In this document: positions 1 through 9,974 of the stretch, piece after piece
Position numbering within the stretch: position 1 is the first letter of the stretch
How the letters are laid out: each line of letters begins with the position of its first letter
From: Nannocystis bainbridge
GTDB lineage: Bacteria > Myxococcota_A > Polyangia > Nannocystales > Nannocystaceae
Direction of reading: 5' to 3'
Assembly (NCBI RefSeq): GCF_028368995.1
Contig: NZ_JAQNDL010000003.1
Location: 352,001-416,000 of the forward strand
DNA: 64,000 bases
Program-made: the position numbers and the translations under genes
Notes under the pieces: generated by a model
Seen by the model: the letters and a program-made list of their open reading frames with translations, nothing else
What the model was told of the DNA's origin: nothing
The model's database searches: none

Positions 1-159
1 AGCGCCGTCCTCGATGCCGCGATCGCGCCGCCTCGCCCTCGATCGTTCATCGCCGACGGGCCGCCCGACGCCGGCGTCCATCGTCGCAACGCGCGCCGTG
101 ACTCACCCTCGCGTCCTCACCGGCGATCGCTCCGCCTCGCGCGCGCCTCGCCGCGGCTC

Positions 160-2406
160 TCACTTGCGGGCGCGTGGCCTCTCGCCGCCGTCATGTTGCT
201 GCGGCCCGCGCACGCTCGCCACGCCGAGGAACCCACGCAACCACGCGTGACAGCGCGGCAGCACCTGCTCCGGCGTCAGCGACACCGCCTCCGGCATGTG
301 CAGCAGCAAGATCTCGGCGACGCGCTGCGGCGCCCACGACTGCCGCGCCACCCACTGCCAGTCGGCCGCGACCTGCCCCCGGCGCTCCTCGGGGAACGCC
401 GCCTCCGGGCGGCTCAGCGCCAGCAGCAGCGCGTGCACATCGTTTCGCCGGATCTCCGTGCGCGTCGGCACCAGCCGGCGGTCGACCGCATATAAGAGGA
501 TGACCACCACGAACGCCGCCAGGCGCTGCAGCCGCGGCTCGGACTCCGTCGCCGCCCGTGCGCGCGCCAGCTCGAGGTCTCGCGCCAGCTCGGGCGCCCC
601 GTCGGGCGTCAGCCGACTCGCCAGCTCGAGCGCCGCGTCGATGTGAATCAGCCGCGGGCTCAGGTTGCCGGCGCTGCGCGGGCCGGGCGGACGGGTCTCG
701 CCGAGCTCCGCGAGCAGGGCTCGGTCGAGCGCCGCGTCGAGGTCCTGATCGCGGGCGAGCACGACCTCGAGCACCTCGCGCTGCAGCAGCTCGTCGTCGG
801 CGGCGAGGCTCACGAGGGCCAGCTCGAGCAGCAGCGCGCGCTGGAACAGATCTCGCACCGTCCGGACCTCGGGCGGCGGGGTCTCGGCGAACAGCGCGGC
901 GGTCGTCACCGGGCACGCCGCGCCGCCCTCGGCGAGCACGTAGCCGAGCGGCGCGGCGCGCAGCAGCGGCAACGCGAACGTGCCCCACATCTCCTGCAGC
1001 CCGGCCAGCGCCTCGAACAGCGGCCGCGGCCGGATCGCGTGGTCGTCGACCTCGAACAGCCGCTCGCGCCCCGGCAGCCCGCGGTGCAGCACGAACGCGT
1101 GCTCCGGCCGCCACCAGCCCGCGCGGCGCCCGAACACCAGCAGCCGCGCCATCGCGTCGTCGCGCTCGCCGGCCGCGCCCGCGGCGAGCGGCGCCAGCCC
1201 GTCGGGCACCTGATCGCGGACCGCCGCCACCGGGCACCCGCCGGCCGCCCAGCCCTGCGCCGCCGTGCGCAGCGCCGCCTCGCCGACCGGCGCCAGCGCC
1301 GGGTCGCGGCCCAGCGCGTCGCCCAGCTCCGGGTGATCGTGGACCCCCGCCGCCGCCACCAGCGGCGCGACCCACTCGGCCCGCTCGCTCGCCGCGATCG
1401 GGCTGTCGCGATCGGCGACGATGCGCGCCATGAGCAAGCGGTGTGCCGGCCGCCCCGGCTCGAGCACCGCGAGCAGCTGCCGCTGCATCGCCTCGAGCGA
1501 GTCGGGCGCGACCTCGGTGCGGGCCAGCAGCACCAGCAACATCGCCAGCGTCACCGGCCGGCGCGCCAGGGCCCGCCGCGCCGGCGAGCCGTCGATCGCC
1601 GCCCGCACTCGCACCGCCGTCGCCGGCTCGAACGCCCCCGGCAGCCGCACCCAGCGATCGACGAAGCGGTCGATCGCCGGCCGCGCCAGCGGTTGCAAGT
1701 ACACCCGCCGCAGCGTCCCCGCCGCGCGCAGCGCTTCGAGCTCCGGCACCTCGGGCGAGCGCGTGGTCAAGAGCACCGGTGCCCCCGCCGCGCACAGCTC
1801 CGCGGCCCACCGCGCCGCCGCCTCGCGCTCCGGCTCCGGCAGCTCGTCGAGCCCGGCGATCAGCACCAGCGGCCGCTCGCGGCGAGCTCGCAGCTCGGCC
1901 GCGTTGAACCCCGGCGCGAACGCCCGCCGCACGTCGTGCTCCACCAGCGACCACCAGCGCTCCAGCGCCTCGGCCACCGTCTCGCAGCTGTCCCAGCGGA
2001 CATCCATGCCGAGCATCCCCAGCGGCCCGCGCACCGTCCGTCCGCACACCACCAGCGGCACCGGCAGCGCGTCACCCAGCCGCGCCCGCGCCCCGGCCGG
2101 GCCGCACAGCCCGAGCAGCAGGTCCTGCACCAGCGTGCACCCGCCGGCCCGCGTCGAGCCGACCGCCCACAGCGGTGACATGGCCGATGGGTCATGTCCT
2201 TGGAGACATGTCTCGAGGGACTGACCGCACTCCGCCAGCGTCGCCTCGTCGTCGTCGTCGTCGGCGACCGGCGCCGGCCCGACCCGCAGCGCGCGACACA
2301 GCTCGTGCCACACCACCGCCTGGTCGGGCGACATCAGGTCGTCGATGAACGACTGCCCGAGGCGGAGCTCCAACCACTGGCGGTAGGTCTCGTCGGCCGC
2401 GGGCAT
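160..2406 (-). CDS. NACHT/STAND-like NTPase domain protein with degenerate P-loop and helical C-terminus
   Basis: Walker B-like LVLIAGLDEL, sensor-like VLLTTR, LQPLARPAIDRFVDRW and LARRPVTLAML match the NACHT layout. The Walker A position reads VGSTRAGGCTL (no Lys). Start set at ATG 2406 (MPAADETY); upstream ORF sequence looks non-coding. Confidence 0.6.
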   Translation of the reverse strand: MPAADETYRQWLELRLGQSFIDDLMSPDQAVVWHELCRALRVGPAPVADDDDDEATLAECGQSLETCLQGHDPSAMSPLWAVGSTRAGGCTLVQDLLLGLCGPAGARARLGDALPVPLVVCGRTVRGPLGMLGMDVRWDSCETVAEALERWWSLVEHDVRRAFAPGFNAAELRARRERPLVLIAGLDELPEPEREAAARWAAELCAAGAPVLLTTRSPEVPELEALRAAGTLRRVYLQPLARPAIDRFVDRWVRLPGAFEPATAVRVRAAIDGSPARRALARRPVTLAMLLVLLARTEVAPDSLEAMQRQLLAVLEPGRPAHRLLMARIVADRDSPIAASERAEWVAPLVAAAGVHDHPELGDALGRDPALAPVGEAALRTAAQGWAAGGCPVAAVRDQVPDGLAPLAAGAAGERDDAMARLLVFGRRAGWWRPEHAFVLHRGLPGRERLFEVDDHAIRPRPLFEALAGLQEMWGTFALPLLRAAPLGYVLAEGGAACPVTTAALFAETPPPEVRTVRDLFQRALLLELALVSLAADDELLQREVLEVVLARDQDLDAALDRALLAELGETRPPGPRSAGNLSPRLIHIDAALELASRLTPDGAPELARDLELARARAATESEPRLQRLAAFVVVILLYAVDRRLVPTRTEIRRNDVHALLLALSRPEAAFPEERRGQVAADWQWVARQSWAPQRVAEILLLHMPEAVSLTPEQVLPRCHAWLRGFLGVASVRGPQQHDGGERPRARK
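2176..2213. repeat. 14-bp-period array (3 units) inside the NACHT-like CDS
   Basis: CATG cores at 2179, 2193, 2207 (gtgacatggcc / ggtcatgtcc / agacatgtct). Confidence 0.75.
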
Positions 2407-2647
2407 GCCGGTGGATCGTGCCCTACCCTCGGCGGGAGCGCCAAAACCCCGGCTCCACCGGCGAGTTCGCCCGGGCCTGCCGACCCGTGTCCGTCCGCGC
2501 GCACGCACCGCCGGCCTCGCACGAGCCCGTAAGCGCGCCCGCAGGTGGCCCCCGGGCGGGGGCGAGGTCGTCGGCCCCCGCTGCCCGTGGAAGTGACCTC
2601 GGTTCGGCCCGGAAGCGCTTCGGACCGCGCCGCGTCGACGGCGCGCC

Positions 2648-4117
2648 TCAGCGCGCCGCGCGGAGGTCGTGGGCCAGGTTGTCGAGCAGACAGTCGAACC
2701 CGCCCGCGAGGTCCGGGTTGCAGACCGACTCGAAGCAGCAGCGGCTCCGCCCCTCGTCGCCCGGCGTGCCTGGATCGTCGGCCACATCGAGCGCCTCGCA
2801 CAGCTGACGGATCCGCCCCGGCGGCAACCCGTGACCGGTCGCCTCGCTCGAGCACCCGGGGCCGATCCCGTAGTCGAATTCCAGCTGTTCCGGAGAGTCG
2901 AACTCGCCCGGCAGCAGGTCCTCCGGCGCCCATCCGCGGTGCACCAGATCGCCGATCCCCGTCAGCGGGATCCCCGTCACCACCAGCATGTGCACCGGCT
3001 TGTCCTCCACCCCGCCGAGCACATCGACCAGCAGCTCGGTGTAGCGCGAGATCGGCTGCAGCACCCCCTTCTCCTCCGGCACGCACGAGTCGTACGCCAG
3101 ATCGGGATCGCTGTCCTCGCAGGTCATGCTCGCGTTCCAGCAGACCGCGCTGGTCGGCTCGCTCTTGTTCCCCGGAACGCCCTGCGAGTCCTCCCAGAAC
3201 ACGTTGAACTCGGGGTCGTCCACGTTCTTGGGATCGAAGTGACGCAGGTCCAGCGCCGAGCAGTCGGTCTCGTCGCTGACGAGCACGATCGCAAGCGCCG
3301 CCCCCGGGCGCAGGAACGGCTCGGGCGCGGTGTTCCACGCCGCCGACGGATCCAGCGCCTGCAGCATCGCCTCGAGCGGCGACTCGATGCCGCAGCCGTC
3401 GATGCCCTGCGGCATGATGCACTGCAGCGCCCGGATCACCTTGTCGCCGTCGCCGCCCTCCAGCACGTTGTCGCCCTCGGGCGTGAAGTGCACGAAGGGA
3501 TCGCTCGGCACCTCGAACTGTCCCTCGGGACAGGCATCGAGGCACACGTCCGGCCGCGACGGCACGTTCGGGCCTAAGCCGGTGAAGCGCTCGAGCCGCT
3601 CGGCGCACGCGGTGGCGATCGGCGCGCCCATGGCCGGGAAGTAGTCGGGCTTGGCGAACGGCGCGCACAGCGGGTGGTCCATGTCCGTGGTCGTCACCAT
3701 CACGTGGACGTCGGGCCCCACCGGCACGCCGTCCTCGCCGACCAGCTGGCGCAGCCGCGTCACCAGGTGCGGCAGCGCGGCCACCAGATTCTTCTGCTCG
3801 TCGGCCATCCCGGCCGAGTTGTCGATCACGAACAGCAGGTCGAGGCGGTTGCACCCGCCGGTCGCCGCGCAGGCATCGGGCTCGCCGGTGGTCGGCTCCG
3901 GCCCCCCGAAGTCGAGCCCTCCGGGGAGCGTCGAGCTCGTCGTCGTCCCCGTGGTCCCCGGCGCCCCGGACGTCGTCGGCGGCCCGTCGACGGTCGTCGT
4001 GCCTTCGCTGGTGGCCGCGCCGGAGGACCCTGCCGTGTCGGTCGCCATCTCCGGCGCCCCGGGACCACACGCGAGCAACGACAGGAGCACGGCGGGAGCG
4101 AACGAGGCGGCGCGCAT
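2648..4117 (-). CDS. Myxobacterial Cys-rich lipoprotein with VWA-like domain
   Basis: Lipobox LLAC, Thr/Ser-rich linker, DLLFVIDNSAGM MIDAS-like motif, FLRPGAALAIVLVSDETDCS, many Cys. Alternative start at 4129. Confidence 0.8.
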   Translation of the reverse strand: MRAASFAPAVLLSLLACGPGAPEMATDTAGSSGAATSEGTTTVDGPPTTSGAPGTTGTTTSSTLPGGLDFGGPEPTTGEPDACAATGGCNRLDLLFVIDNSAGMADEQKNLVAALPHLVTRLRQLVGEDGVPVGPDVHVMVTTTDMDHPLCAPFAKPDYFPAMGAPIATACAERLERFTGLGPNVPSRPDVCLDACPEGQFEVPSDPFVHFTPEGDNVLEGGDGDKVIRALQCIMPQGIDGCGIESPLEAMLQALDPSAAWNTAPEPFLRPGAALAIVLVSDETDCSALDLRHFDPKNVDDPEFNVFWEDSQGVPGNKSEPTSAVCWNASMTCEDSDPDLAYDSCVPEEKGVLQPISRYTELLVDVLGGVEDKPVHMLVVTGIPLTGIGDLVHRGWAPEDLLPGEFDSPEQLEFDYGIGPGCSSEATGHGLPPGRIRQLCEALDVADDPGTPGDEGRSRCCFESVCNPDLAGGFDCLLDNLAHDLRAAR

Positions 4118-4323
4118 GAGAACTTCCATTTCACCTCGTATCACGGCGCGCCCGGACGCCCTCACGCTGTTGGCGTGCGCTCGCGTCCACGCTGGCTCTG
4201 ACGGAAACTCATTCGCTCGGCCAACCTCGCCAAGCCGTGGACGACGCCCCCCACGCGCTCCGGGCACGCTCTTCGCCGCTGTTCGACCTGTCTTCAAAGC
4301 CATCCGAGGCGCGGCCGAATCGG

Positions 4324-4765
4324 CCTGACTCAGGGCACATCTCACCCGCGCCGAACGACCTGTCCCGACGGACACATTGCCCCGCGACGATTACCTCTCG
4401 GAGGGACGTGCACCGCGCGGCGCACCGATATGCTGTGAAAGCCACCCGCCGCGAATCTATCTATCCCGAAGGACACATCGAAACGCCGCTTACCGACCTG
4501 CCCTGAAGGACACATCGAAACGCAACGTACCGACCTGCCCTGAAGACCTGTCGTCCCCCCTCGACATGACCTGAAGAACACCTCGCGGCCGCGAGACATG
4601 TCCCCAAGGACACCCCCGCGCCGCCACGAGCCTCGCGCCGCCGACCTGTCCCCGGGGCCAGCTCAGCTCCGCCGCCGCGCGAGACATGTCCCCAAGGACA
4701 CCCCCGCGCGCCGCCACGAGCCTCGCCGCCGACCTGTCCCCGGGGCCAGCTCAGCTCCGCCGCCG
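4324..4765. repeat. Composite repeat region: paired 14-bp-spaced motifs, 37-bp direct repeat and 88-bp direct repeat
   Basis: gaaggacacatcgaaacg...accgacctgccctgaag recurs with period 37 (4474/4511, 4497/4534). gcgagacatgtccccaaggacaccccc...gacctgtccccggggccagctcagctccgccgccg recurs with period 88 (4597/4685, 4645/4733). Confidence 0.85.
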
Positions 4766-7198
4766 CCGACGCAGCCCCAGCAGCCCGCCGAGCAGCCACC
4801 ACGGGGCAGGCTCCGGCCCGCTCGCGCAGCCGCAGCCGCGGCGCTCTTGCGGGCACGTCGTCGCCAGCGCCGCAGCACCTGCCGCGGCCGGCCCCGGGCT
4901 GCCCTCGCCGGTGTGCGACCGGGCCCCCGCCACTCGCAGCCCGCCGACCCCCAGCTCGTCCAGCAGCGCGCCCGCGTCCTCGACCTGGTCGAGCAACCAC
5001 AGCAGGTAGCGTACGTCGACGATGATGTTGCGCGAGCGCTCGCTGTAGCCGAAATCGCCGGCGATGTTCTCCCACACCCGGTCGAAATTGAGGCCGATGA
5101 ATTGCCCGCGGCCGTTGATCACCGGGCTGCCGGAGTTGCCGCCGGTGGTGTCGGCGCTCGACAGGAAATCGATCGGCACGTCGCCGAGGATCGGGTCGGC
5201 CCAGTACGTGTCCCTGGCCTTCGGGACAGCCGCGAGCACCCGCTCCGGCATCGTGAACGGCTCCTCGCCGGTGACCTTCGCCAGCTGCCCCGACAGCGTC
5301 GTCTGCGGGGTCGCCATCAGCCCCTCGCGCGGCTTGTAGCCGGCGATCGACGCGTACGACAGGCGCAGCGTGCCGTTGGCGTCCGGGTAGACCGGCCCGG
5401 AGCGGACCTTGCGGAGCATCGTGAAGTAGGCCGGGCCGAGCCGCGACAGCACCCCCGCGCGCGTCTCGCCCCGCGCCTCGGCCGCCTCGATCGCCGGCGC
5501 CAGCGCCAGCGCCAGCGCCACGATCGGGTCGCCGCTGGCCGCCAGCGCGGCCGGGTCGGCGGCGTCGAACAGCCCCTTCGCCTTGCCCTCGCCCAGCAGC
5601 TTGGTGCGCGCGATCAGCTGCCGTGCCTGCTTGAGGTAGCGCTCGCGCCCCGAACCTGTCTTTGCGTCCATGTCCTTGAAGGCAGCCGCGCCGAGCACCC
5701 CCACCATCTTCGCCGCAGCTGCCTCTGGGGACATGTCCTTGAAGGCATACAACTTCCAGCCGGCCGGCAGCGCCTGCGCGCGGGCGATCACCGACGCCAG
5801 CAGGTGGGCCTCGACCTCCGGATCGAAGTCGCGGAGGCGCCGCTCCTGGCGGTCCCACAGCTTCTTCTCGTTGCGGTCCATGTAGCCCGCCGAGCGCTCG
5901 AGGTCGGGCTTTTGCCGCTCGCGCGCGCGGCGGACCAGGTCGATCGCCAGCCCCAGCAGGTTCGGCCCGTTCGGCACCTGCTCGAGCAGGTAGTCGTGGG
6001 CGAAGCTGTCCTTGCGGTCCTGGCTGAGCGCGCGCAGGGCCGGCAGCACCTTCTGAAACGCGCGGTCGTCGGCCTCCGCGGCCCACTTCTCGAGCGCGGC
6101 CTCCTCGGCGCGGCGGCGCTCGAGCAGGCCGATCGCCGAGAACCCGGCCAGCATGCCGCGGGCGTTCTTCAGCCGGTTGGCCAGGCTCTTCTTGCTCGAC
6201 GCCACCTTGATCCCGCGCGCCTTGTCGGTCGCGCCGAGCTCCTCGAGGATCGCCACCCACTCGCCGAGCAGGTCGATGCGGGCCGGGAAGATCTGCGACT
6301 CGTGGCGCTCGACCTCCGACAGCGGCAAGTAGCGCTCCGTGTTGCCCGGGTAGCCGAGCACCGCCACGAAATCGCCGGCCTTGACCCCCGTGTGCGCCAC
6401 CGGCAGCCACGCCTGCGGCTTGTAGGGCACGTTGGCCTCGGCCTTGTCCGCCGGCTCGCCCGCGGCGCCGACGTACGCGCGCAGCAGCGTGAAGTCGCCG
6501 GTGTGGCGCGGCCACATCCAGTTGTCGACCTCGCCGCCGAACTCGCCGATCGCCGCCGGCGGCGCGTACACCAGCCGCACGTCGCGGAGCTCGCGGTAGG
6601 TGAAGCGCTGGAACAGGCTCATGTTGTAGAACGCCGCCACCTCGCAGCGCAGCCCGCCGCCCGGCTTCTCGCAGGCGTCGACGAGCTGCTTGCGGGCGCG
6701 GTCGATCGCCTGCGCCCGCGCCCGGTCGTCCTTCAGCGCCGACGCCTCGGCCAGCACCTCGGCGGTGACGTCGTCGATGCGCTCGAGCACCCGCACCGTC
6801 AGGCCCTTGCCCGCCAGCTCCTCCGCGCGTGTGCGGGCCAGGAAGCCGTCCTTGAGGTAATCGTGCTCGACGCTGCTGACGGCCTGGATCGCCCCGTGCG
6901 CGCAGTGATGATTGGTGGCGATCAGGCCCTCGGCCGACACGAACGCCGCCGAACAGCCCGACAGGTTGACGGCCGCGCGCATAAGCCCGGTGTTGTCGCT
7001 CCACAGCTGCTCCAGCGGCAGCTCGAGGCCCATCGCGCTCAGCTTGCCGCGGTCGAGCTCGACGATCTGGCCCGGCATCCACTGACCCTCGTCGGCGCGG
7101 GCCGGTGCGGCCGTCAACGCGACGACGGCGACGAGCCCGAGGCAGCGGGCGGAGCGCGACAGGACGAGGTGCGGCCGGGTGTGCATCCCGGCCACCAT
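4751..7198 (-). CDS. S46 family dipeptidyl peptidase (DPP11-type) with C-terminal MYXO-CTERM sorting signal
   Basis: Signal peptide then DEGQW, GCSAAFVS, TNHHC (His), DNWMWPRHTGDF (Asp), YPDANGTLR, TTGGNSGSP (Ser), FDRVWE. C-terminus GCGCASG..PWWLLGGLLGLRRRRRS. Confidence 0.92.
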   Translation of the reverse strand: MVAGMHTRPHLVLSRSARCLGLVAVVALTAAPARADEGQWMPGQIVELDRGKLSAMGLELPLEQLWSDNTGLMRAAVNLSGCSAAFVSAEGLIATNHHCAHGAIQAVSSVEHDYLKDGFLARTRAEELAGKGLTVRVLERIDDVTAEVLAEASALKDDRARAQAIDRARKQLVDACEKPGGGLRCEVAAFYNMSLFQRFTYRELRDVRLVYAPPAAIGEFGGEVDNWMWPRHTGDFTLLRAYVGAAGEPADKAEANVPYKPQAWLPVAHTGVKAGDFVAVLGYPGNTERYLPLSEVERHESQIFPARIDLLGEWVAILEELGATDKARGIKVASSKKSLANRLKNARGMLAGFSAIGLLERRRAEEAALEKWAAEADDRAFQKVLPALRALSQDRKDSFAHDYLLEQVPNGPNLLGLAIDLVRRARERQKPDLERSAGYMDRNEKKLWDRQERRLRDFDPEVEAHLLASVIARAQALPAGWKLYAFKDMSPEAAAAKMVGVLGAAAFKDMDAKTGSGRERYLKQARQLIARTKLLGEGKAKGLFDAADPAALAASGDPIVALALALAPAIEAAEARGETRAGVLSRLGPAYFTMLRKVRSGPVYPDANGTLRLSYASIAGYKPREGLMATPQTTLSGQLAKVTGEEPFTMPERVLAAVPKARDTYWADPILGDVPIDFLSSADTTGGNSGSPVINGRGQFIGLNFDRVWENIAGDFGYSERSRNIIVDVRYLLWLLDQVEDAGALLDELGVGGLRVAGARSHTGEGSPGPAAAGAAALATTCPQERRGCGCASGPEPAPWWLLGGLLGLRRRRRS
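5652..5752. repeat. Two short 14-bp-period arrays inside the S46 peptidase CDS
   Basis: Cores at 5655, 5669, 5683 and 5718, 5732, 5746; they encode a duplicated AFKDM peptide. Confidence 0.65.
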
Positions 7199-7217
7199 AG
7201 CAGCGCGAGATCGGCGC

Positions 7218-7577
7218 TCAAAGCCCGACGATCGTGCGCGCGCGGCGAGCGAAGCCGAAGTGCAGCCCGGCCAGCTCGAGGAACTCGACCATCACCATCA
7301 CGGGCCCCATCAGCCACGAGATCGGCCGCTTGAGCAGCGCCGGCTTGTTGCCCTCGATGCGGTGCCCCGCGATCTGGAACGCCCAGCCGATCGTCCACCC
7401 GATCACGAACATCTTCCAGCTCAGCGTCGCCACCGCGCCGACGCCGGTCACCACCAGGATCGGCACCCCGAACATGTGCGTCAGCCGATTGAGCGGGTGG
7501 CGGTGCTCGTGCAGGTAGTACGCGAACTCGCGGGTCCAGAACTCGTCGATGCTGGCGATCCGATTCAGGGTGCTCAC
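7218..7577 (-). CDS. DUF962/Mpo1-like small membrane protein
   Basis: YLHEHRHPLNRLTHMFGVP and FQIAGHRIEGNKPA His motifs; GTG start estimated. Confidence 0.85.
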   Translation of the reverse strand: MSTLNRIASIDEFWTREFAYYLHEHRHPLNRLTHMFGVPILVVTGVGAVATLSWKMFVIGWTIGWAFQIAGHRIEGNKPALLKRPISWLMGPVMVMVEFLELAGLHFGFARRARTIVGL

Positions 7578-8201
7578 GGGTCCTGTTGTATCGCATCCCC
7601 GGCGCCGCTGGCACACCCCGCCTGCGCGCCGGCGCGCCAGCCCACACCTCGCGGCGCCGGGCGAGACCACCGGCCACGCACCGCCGCCCGCCGGCTCGTC
7701 GCCAGTACCGGCTCGCATCCCGCCGGATCTGCCAGCGCTCCCGCGACTCGCCGGCTCCGCGATCCGGGAGAGCGCGACGCCCGACCGCCTGCTCCGGCCG
7801 AGGCGGTCCGGCGCGACGCGACGTCACCGGCTCCTGACCGCCGCGGCGGCCTGTGACCGCAGCATCGCCGCCGCCGGCGGAGGCGGCATCTGTCCCTTCG
7901 GACAGCTCGGAGATCTCGGCGGCCCGCGCCCGCCGGTCGGCCGCGCCCCGATCCGGCGCTCCAGGACGCCGCTGCCGGCGGCGAGGACGGCGGCGCCACG
8001 GCGTCGCCGCCTGACTGGCGACGTCACCGAGCTCGGGCGACGACGTCGCCGCCGCCTCGCATGGGACCCCGCGCACGGACAGCTGCCCGGCGGCCATCGC
8101 GGTCGGCGAGCTCGACGAGCGGGCCTCGGAACGCGACGCGTCGCCCCCATTTTTCCGTCGACGTCGCGGCCCGAAGGATCCATAGTTCGCCCGCGTTGGA
8201 C

Positions 8202-8882
8202 ATGGCAAAAGCCCCCTTTCCCGAGCCGCTCTCCGAAGCGGCGCGTCGTTGGCTGCTTCACCTCGCCCGCCGGTCGTTGCGAGACGCCATGGCCGTGAAA
8301 GACCCGGACGCCAGGGATCTGGCTATCGGCGAGGCCGAACGCCCTGACGACGACCCGCGGCTCGAGGCCCCGGCGCGGGTGTTCGTGTCGTGGCACGACG
8401 TCCGCGAGTTGGTCGGTTGCATCGGCTCGCTCGAGCCGTGGCCCAACCTCGAGCAGGCTGTCGTGCGCTACGCGGTGCAGGCCGGCCTGCACGACCCGCG
8501 GACCTCGCCGGCCCGTCCGTCCCGCTGGCACCGCCTGAACGGCGAGATCTCGATCCTCGGCGAGCCGCAGCAGCTCGAGGCCGTCGGCTTCGACGCCATC
8601 GCCGAGGCCATCACGCCTGGACGCGACGGCGTCATCCTCGGCATCGGCTCGCGCCAGGCCGTGTTCTTGCCGGTGGTGTGGCGCCAGTTGCCGCGCCCGC
8701 ACGACTTCCTGGCCGCGCTCATGCGCAAGGCCGGGCTGTCGCCGGTGCACGACGGCCCCCGGATCCGCGCCCGCGTGTTCCTCACCGAGACCTTCGGCGA
8801 GCCCGTGCTCGCCCCGGCGCACCCGGGTCCCGCTGCCAGCCACGCCGGCGGTCACTCGCTGCTCGTCCAGTACGTCCACTGA
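8202..8882 (+). CDS. AMMECR1 family protein (AmmeMemoRadiSam system protein A)
   Basis: VFVSW...LVGCIGSL, AGLHDPR, EISIL, PGRDGVIL, AVFLPVVW, LMRKAGL. Confidence 0.88.
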   Translation: MAKAPFPEPLSEAARRWLLHLARRSLRDAMAVKDPDARDLAIGEAERPDDDPRLEAPARVFVSWHDVRELVGCIGSLEPWPNLEQAVVRYAVQAGLHDPRTSPARPSRWHRLNGEISILGEPQQLEAVGFDAIAEAITPGRDGVILGIGSRQAVFLPVVWRQLPRPHDFLAALMRKAGLSPVHDGPRIRARVFLTETFGEPVLAPAHPGPAASHAGGHSLLVQYVH

Positions 8883-8920
8883 CCGCCGCTCGCGGCTACT
8901 TCCTTAAGTAGGTCACCACC

Positions 8921-8945
8921 GCGGCTCGCCTCTCCGGCGAGCCGC
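8921..8945 (+). other. Strong GC stem-loop downstream of the AMMECR1 gene
   Basis: GCGGCTCGCC-tctcc-GGCGAGCCGC, a perfect 10-bp stem with no U-tract. Confidence 0.5.
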
Positions 8946-9320
8946 TGGCAATTCAGGGGTCGAGGTCCGGGCTCGACGACCGCCGAGCCGCTGCGAACCC
9001 GCCGAGAGTCGGACCGTGAATTCGACACACGGCCCGCGCTCTCACCGTCCCCGCGCCGCTCGTGCTCCGCCCACGCGCGCCCGCTTGCGAGCTGCGCGGC
9101 CGATCTGCGGTCGCCGTGCGCCTCGCCCCTCGCCGCGCCTGTGATTCTCGCTGTCACGGCCTCCATCGCGCGCTGCGACCGGTTTGGCGCGCCCTGGGGG
9201 TGGCGGGCGCGCGGTCGGAAACCTTGCGGGTCCCCGCGGGCCCGTGTCACAGTTGCCGCGCCAGCGGGCCTTTTCGCGCATGTGCGCGGCGGGGCCCGCA
9301 CCACCTGCGAGCTTCTACTC

Positions 9321-9965
9321 ATGCGTACGATCCTCATCGGCCCGCCCGGCGCCGGCAAAGGCACCCAGGCCCAGTTCATCGTCAAGACCCACGGGATCCC
9401 CCACATCTCCTCGGGGGACATGCTGCGTGAGGCGGTCCGCACCGGCACCGAGCTGGGCAAGCAGGCTGACGCGGCGATGAAGCGCGGCGACCTCGTCACC
9501 GACGACGTGGTGATCGGCATGGTGATCGAGCGGATCCAGCGGGCCGACTGCGCCCGCGGGTTCTTGCTCGACGGCTTCCCGCGCACGCGGCCGCAGGCCG
9601 AGGCGCTGGACGTCGCGCTCGCCGCCGCCGGCGTCGGGCTCGACGTAGTCGTCCTGGTCGAGGTCCCGGACTCGCTGCTCGTCGAGCGCGTCACCGGCCG
9701 GCGCAGCGACCCCGAGACCGGCGCCATCTACCACCTCAAGTTCAACCCGCCGCCGGTCGAGGTCGCCGGGCGGCTGGTCCACCGCAACGACGACTTCGAG
9801 GTCGCCGTCAACGCGCGGCTCGACAAGTACCACCGCGAGACCGCGCCGATCGTCCCGTTCTACGAGGCCAAGGGCCTGCTCAAGCGGATCGACGGCGTCG
9901 GCGCGCCTGACGAAGTCACCGCGCGACTGCTGGCGGTGCTCGGCGCGCCGCGAACGGCCGGCTGA
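9321..9965 (+). CDS. adk: Adenylate kinase
   Basis: ILIGPPGAGKGTQA, HISSGDMLR, GFLLDGFPRT, LID region. Confidence 0.97.
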   Translation: MRTILIGPPGAGKGTQAQFIVKTHGIPHISSGDMLREAVRTGTELGKQADAAMKRGDLVTDDVVIGMVIERIQRADCARGFLLDGFPRTRPQAEALDVALAAAGVGLDVVVLVEVPDSLLVERVTGRRSDPETGAIYHLKFNPPPVEVAGRLVHRNDDFEVAVNARLDKYHRETAPIVPFYEAKGLLKRIDGVGAPDEVTARLLAVLGAPRTAG

Positions 9966-9974
9966 GGCGGAACC

